Source of the DNA: Methanobacteriota archaeon
GTDB taxonomy: Archaea > JAADCQ01 > Methanopyri > Methanopyrales > Methanopyraceae
Direction: 5' to 3'
NCBI GenBank assembly: GCA_027064305.1
Contig: JAMOPY010000049.1
Coordinates: 1 to 27,227 of the forward strand
DNA: 27,227 nucleotides
Part shown: positions 24,904 to 27,227 of the stretch, in pieces
How positions within the stretch are numbered: the stretch's first letter is position 1
Layout of the letters: every line of letters begins with the position of its first letter
The notes under the pieces: model-generated
The model's database searches: none
Seen by the model: only the letters and a program-made list of their open reading frames with translations
What the model was told of the DNA's origin: nothing
Translations under genes and position numbers: made by a program

Positions 24904-25393
24904 CGCGGAGCGTTTCCCTCCGCCCGGGCAGGGCGGCCCGGGGCTTGCGACCGAACGTCTCCGCCCACCCTTCCACGATCGCCACCCCCACCCCGCAGCA
25001 CAGGGCCGCGTCCCGCGCGTGCTCGTCCGGGCACTCACCCCGCAGGGAAAGCCGCCGCTCGGCGGCCCGGGGGAACGTCTCGTAGACCCGCACGCCCCGG
25101 CGCCTCAACCGCTCGGCCAGCCGCACGCCCCTCCGGAGCAACCTCCTCATCCCCGGCAGCGTGAGCGGGAGGACGGGAGCGAACTCACGGAAGCGCTCGT
25201 CCCGGCGTCGGAAGGGGCCGTCTGATGGGGTGAGTGGGGCGTCGATCACGACCACCCGGGCCTGGGTGGCAAGCCGGAGGACGCGCTGGTCGTCCGCGGG
25301 CTCGGACCAGCACTCGATCGCCCCGCCTGACCACGTCGCGAACCCGGTGGGGTTGTCGGCCTTTGCCGCGAGGTCGATCCCGAGAACGCGCAT
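24875..25393 (-). CDS. DUF429 family predicted RNase H-fold nuclease
   Basis: MRVLGIDLAA...TG, VVVIDAPL, FRRRD, VLPLTLPGM, VYETFP, HARDA. Start moved to ATG 25393. Confidence 0.8.
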   Translation of the reverse strand: MRVLGIDLAAKADNPTGFATWSGGAIECWSEPADDQRVLRLATQARVVVIDAPLTPSDGPFRRRDERFREFAPVLPLTLPGMRRLLRRGVRLAERLRRRGVRVYETFPRAAERRLSLRGECPDEHARDAALCCGVGVAIVEGWAETFGRKPRAALPGRRETLRVRARSAPPA

Positions 25394-25413
25394 CGAAGGA
25401 CCCCGCGTCAACG

Positions 25414-26124
25414 GTGAGGCGGAAGGTCCGGGAGTGCCTGGAGCGGTCGGGGCACCCCCGGCCCGGCTCCCGCATCCTCGTGGCCATGTCCGGGGGTAAG
25501 GACAGCCTCGCCACGGCGTACGGGCTCTCGGCGCTGTCCGAGGAGTACGGTTGGGAGGTGGAGGGAGCCCACGTGGTGGTGCGGGTGGACGGGCGCGAGG
25601 TCGGGGCGTGGGACGTCGTTCGGGCCCAGGCCAGGAGGCTGGGGATCGAGGTCACGAGGCTGGAGCCGGAGAAGGACGTGATGAGGGCCCGGGAGGAGAT
25701 GCGGGCGCGTAAGGTCTGCTACGCGTGCCGGACGCTGAGGAGGATCGAGCTGGGGAGGCTGGCGGAGGAGCGGGGGTTCGACTACATCGCGCTCGGGCAC
25801 ACGCTGGACGACGCGGCGGCCACGGTCCTCCTCTCGCTGCTCTCCGGGTACCGACGGATCAAGCTGCTGGGCTACGTGGGCTCGTGGCGGAGGGGCCCGC
25901 GCCTGCTCCGGCCGCTCGTTCGGTGCCCGGAGGAGGTGACGCGGGCCCTTCCCGAGCGGCTCGGGGTCAGGGTCGTGAGCACGGAGGAGGTCTGCCCGTT
26001 CGCCGGGGAGGGGTTGAGGGAGGAGGTGAGACGGTTCCTGGACCGGGTGGAGAGGCGTATCCCGACCGTGAAGGGAAACGTGGTGGGCACCGCGTCCAGG
26101 ACGCTTGCGGATCGGGGGCGATAA
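25414..26124 (+). CDS. PP-loop ATPase, TtcA/TtuA tRNA 2-thiolation family
   Basis: ILVAMSGGKDS, CYACRTLRR, IALGHTLDD, LLRPL, CPFA. Start estimated at GTG 25414. Confidence 0.82.
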   Translation: MRRKVRECLERSGHPRPGSRILVAMSGGKDSLATAYGLSALSEEYGWEVEGAHVVVRVDGREVGAWDVVRAQARRLGIEVTRLEPEKDVMRAREEMRARKVCYACRTLRRIELGRLAEERGFDYIALGHTLDDAAATVLLSLLSGYRRIKLLGYVGSWRRGPRLLRPLVRCPEEVTRALPERLGVRVVSTEEVCPFAGEGLREEVRRFLDRVERRIPTVKGNVVGTASRTLADRGR

Positions 26125-26133
26125 CTTAATAAA
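26119..26133 (+). promoter_or_regulatory. Putative BRE/TATA promoter for the TauE gene
   Basis: CGATAAC-TTAATAAA, an AT-rich patch at the start of a 73-bp intergenic region upstream of ATG 26198. Confidence 0.55.
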
Positions 26134-26197
26134 TGGGGTCTCGGCGCGGCCGGGCCGATAATCGGGCCACAGGCCGCCTAGGGGCCCTCGACGCCCG

Positions 26198-26959
26198 ATG
26201 ATAGAGGGCTTCGCGACCCTCACGTACCTGGGGATCGGAGGCCTCGTCGGGCTGATCTCCGGCCTCTTCGGCGTCGGTGGAGGGTTCCTGCTGGTACCGC
26301 TGCTCAACTCCGTCGGGATGCCCATGCGCGTCGCGCTCGGAACGACGCTGCTCGCGGTGAGCTTCGGCGGCTTCACGGGCGCGTTCCGCCACTTCCAGCG
26401 GGGCAACGTTCACGCGAGCATGGCCCCGGTGTTCGGGATCAGCGCCGTCGCGGGGGCCCAGTTGGGAGGGTACCTGGCCTGTCAGGCCCCGGAGCACCTG
26501 CTGAAGCTCGTTCTGGGAGGAGCGTGCGCGGCGATGGCGCTGCGAGTGTTGACGGACGGTCGTAGGGAGAGAGACGGTGGCGAGATCCGGGACGATCCAA
26601 CCACGGCCTCGCTGGCCGGGTTCAGCGTGGGCGCCTTCAGCGGGTTCACCGGGTCCGGTGGTGGCATGCTGTTCGTTCCGGTCATGTCCTCGTTCCTCAA
26701 CTTCCCCACCATGCTGGCCGTGGGAACCTCCTCCGTGATCGTGCCCATCAGCGCGCTGGCCGGTGCCGCCCAGTACTGGTCCAAGGGGTACGTGAACCCG
26801 TGGGCCGCGGCGGCGATCGTGACCGGGATGTTACTATCCTCCTACGTTGGGGCCGAGCTGTCCAACCGGATGGGAGGAAGGAGGGTGAAGAGGGCGTTCT
26901 CGGTGGTGCTGGCGATCGTGGGGGCCAAGATGGTGCTCAGCGGCCTTAAGATGGTCTAG
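26198..26959 (+). CDS. TauE/SafE (sulfite exporter-like) membrane protein
   Basis: GLISGLFGVGGGFLLVP, ALGTTL, and the internal repeat SGFTGSGGGMLFVP...AVGTS. About 8 TM helices. Confidence 0.9.
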   Translation: MIEGFATLTYLGIGGLVGLISGLFGVGGGFLLVPLLNSVGMPMRVALGTTLLAVSFGGFTGAFRHFQRGNVHASMAPVFGISAVAGAQLGGYLACQAPEHLLKLVLGGACAAMALRVLTDGRRERDGGEIRDDPTTASLAGFSVGAFSGFTGSGGGMLFVPVMSSFLNFPTMLAVGTSSVIVPISALAGAAQYWSKGYVNPWAAAAIVTGMLLSSYVGAELSNRMGGRRVKRAFSVVLAIVGAKMVLSGLKMV

Positions 26960-27227
26960 CGGTCTCGACGCTCTCCTTGATCCTCTCCTCCAGCTTCACG
27001 ATCAGCACGTTCACGGGGCTGTGCCGGATCACGTTCTCCGCCACGCTGCCGATGACGGCGTGCTCCAGACCCGTCCGACCGTGAGACCCCATCACGATGA
27101 GGTTCACGTCCTCATCCTCCTCCGCCTCCCTCACGATCTCCCTCCACGGCACGCCGACGCGGATCTTCTTCTCGATCTCCACGTCCACGCCCAGGTCCTC
27201 CGCGATGCGGTCGACCTTTTCCAGCGT
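26946..27227 (-). CDS. Universal stress protein (UspA domain), 5' end outside window
   Basis: GVPWREIVREAE...LIVMGSHGRTGLEHAVIGSVAENVIRHSPVNVLIV. Frame is open to the window edge. Confidence 0.92.
   Translation of the reverse strand, partial: TLEKVDRIAEDLGVDVEIEKKIRVGVPWREIVREAEEDEDVNLIVMGSHGRTGLEHAVIGSVAENVIRHSPVNVLIVKLEERIKESVETARPS

Noticed and set aside
26140-26197. GC-rich leader with GGCCGATAATCGGGCC hairpin as tRNA or riboswitch
   Set aside because: No cloverleaf, T-loop or C/D boxes. An imperfect short hairpin is unremarkable at this GC content.

Overview
Gene-dense, GC-rich (roughly two-thirds G+C by eye) archaeal chromosomal window. Gene content (methanogenesis marker 8, SelB, MreB, sortase, eL33, acidic proteins, GTG/TTG starts with GGGGG/GGTGA ribosome-binding sites) points to a Methanopyrus-like hyperthermophilic, pseudomurein-walled methanogen (inference). 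No mobile elements, CRISPR, tRNA or rRNA were seen. Left part: end of hisF, an orphan HExxH protein, and a tightly coupled minus-strand operon oapA(GTPase)-oapB-oapC-unknown-mreB-PHP-methyltransferase-htpX. This lies head-to-head with a plus-strand block: PmtA-like phospholipid N-methyltransferase, psd, pssA, a DUF515-like protein, a Gly-rich surface protein with a KYRTG sorting signal, and a sortase. Middle and right: RecJ-like DHH nuclease, DegT aminotransferase, rpl35ae-trm1-hps-glyS, trmO, marker 8, selB, an aldo/keto-reductase-like gene, tmcA/NAT10, DUF429, a TtcA-like PP-loop protein, TauE and a partial Usp. Best leads: (1) a three-gene candidate pathway for archaetidylcholine; (2) oapABC coupled to MreB actin, with MinD-like membrane-targeting helices; (3) an archaeal sortase next to its probable substrate with a non-canonical motif; (4) two box C/D guide sRNAs missed by the ORF track that bracket one gene, one of them head-to-head with NAT10/TmcA. 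All family assignments come from motif recognition by eye, not from database searches.
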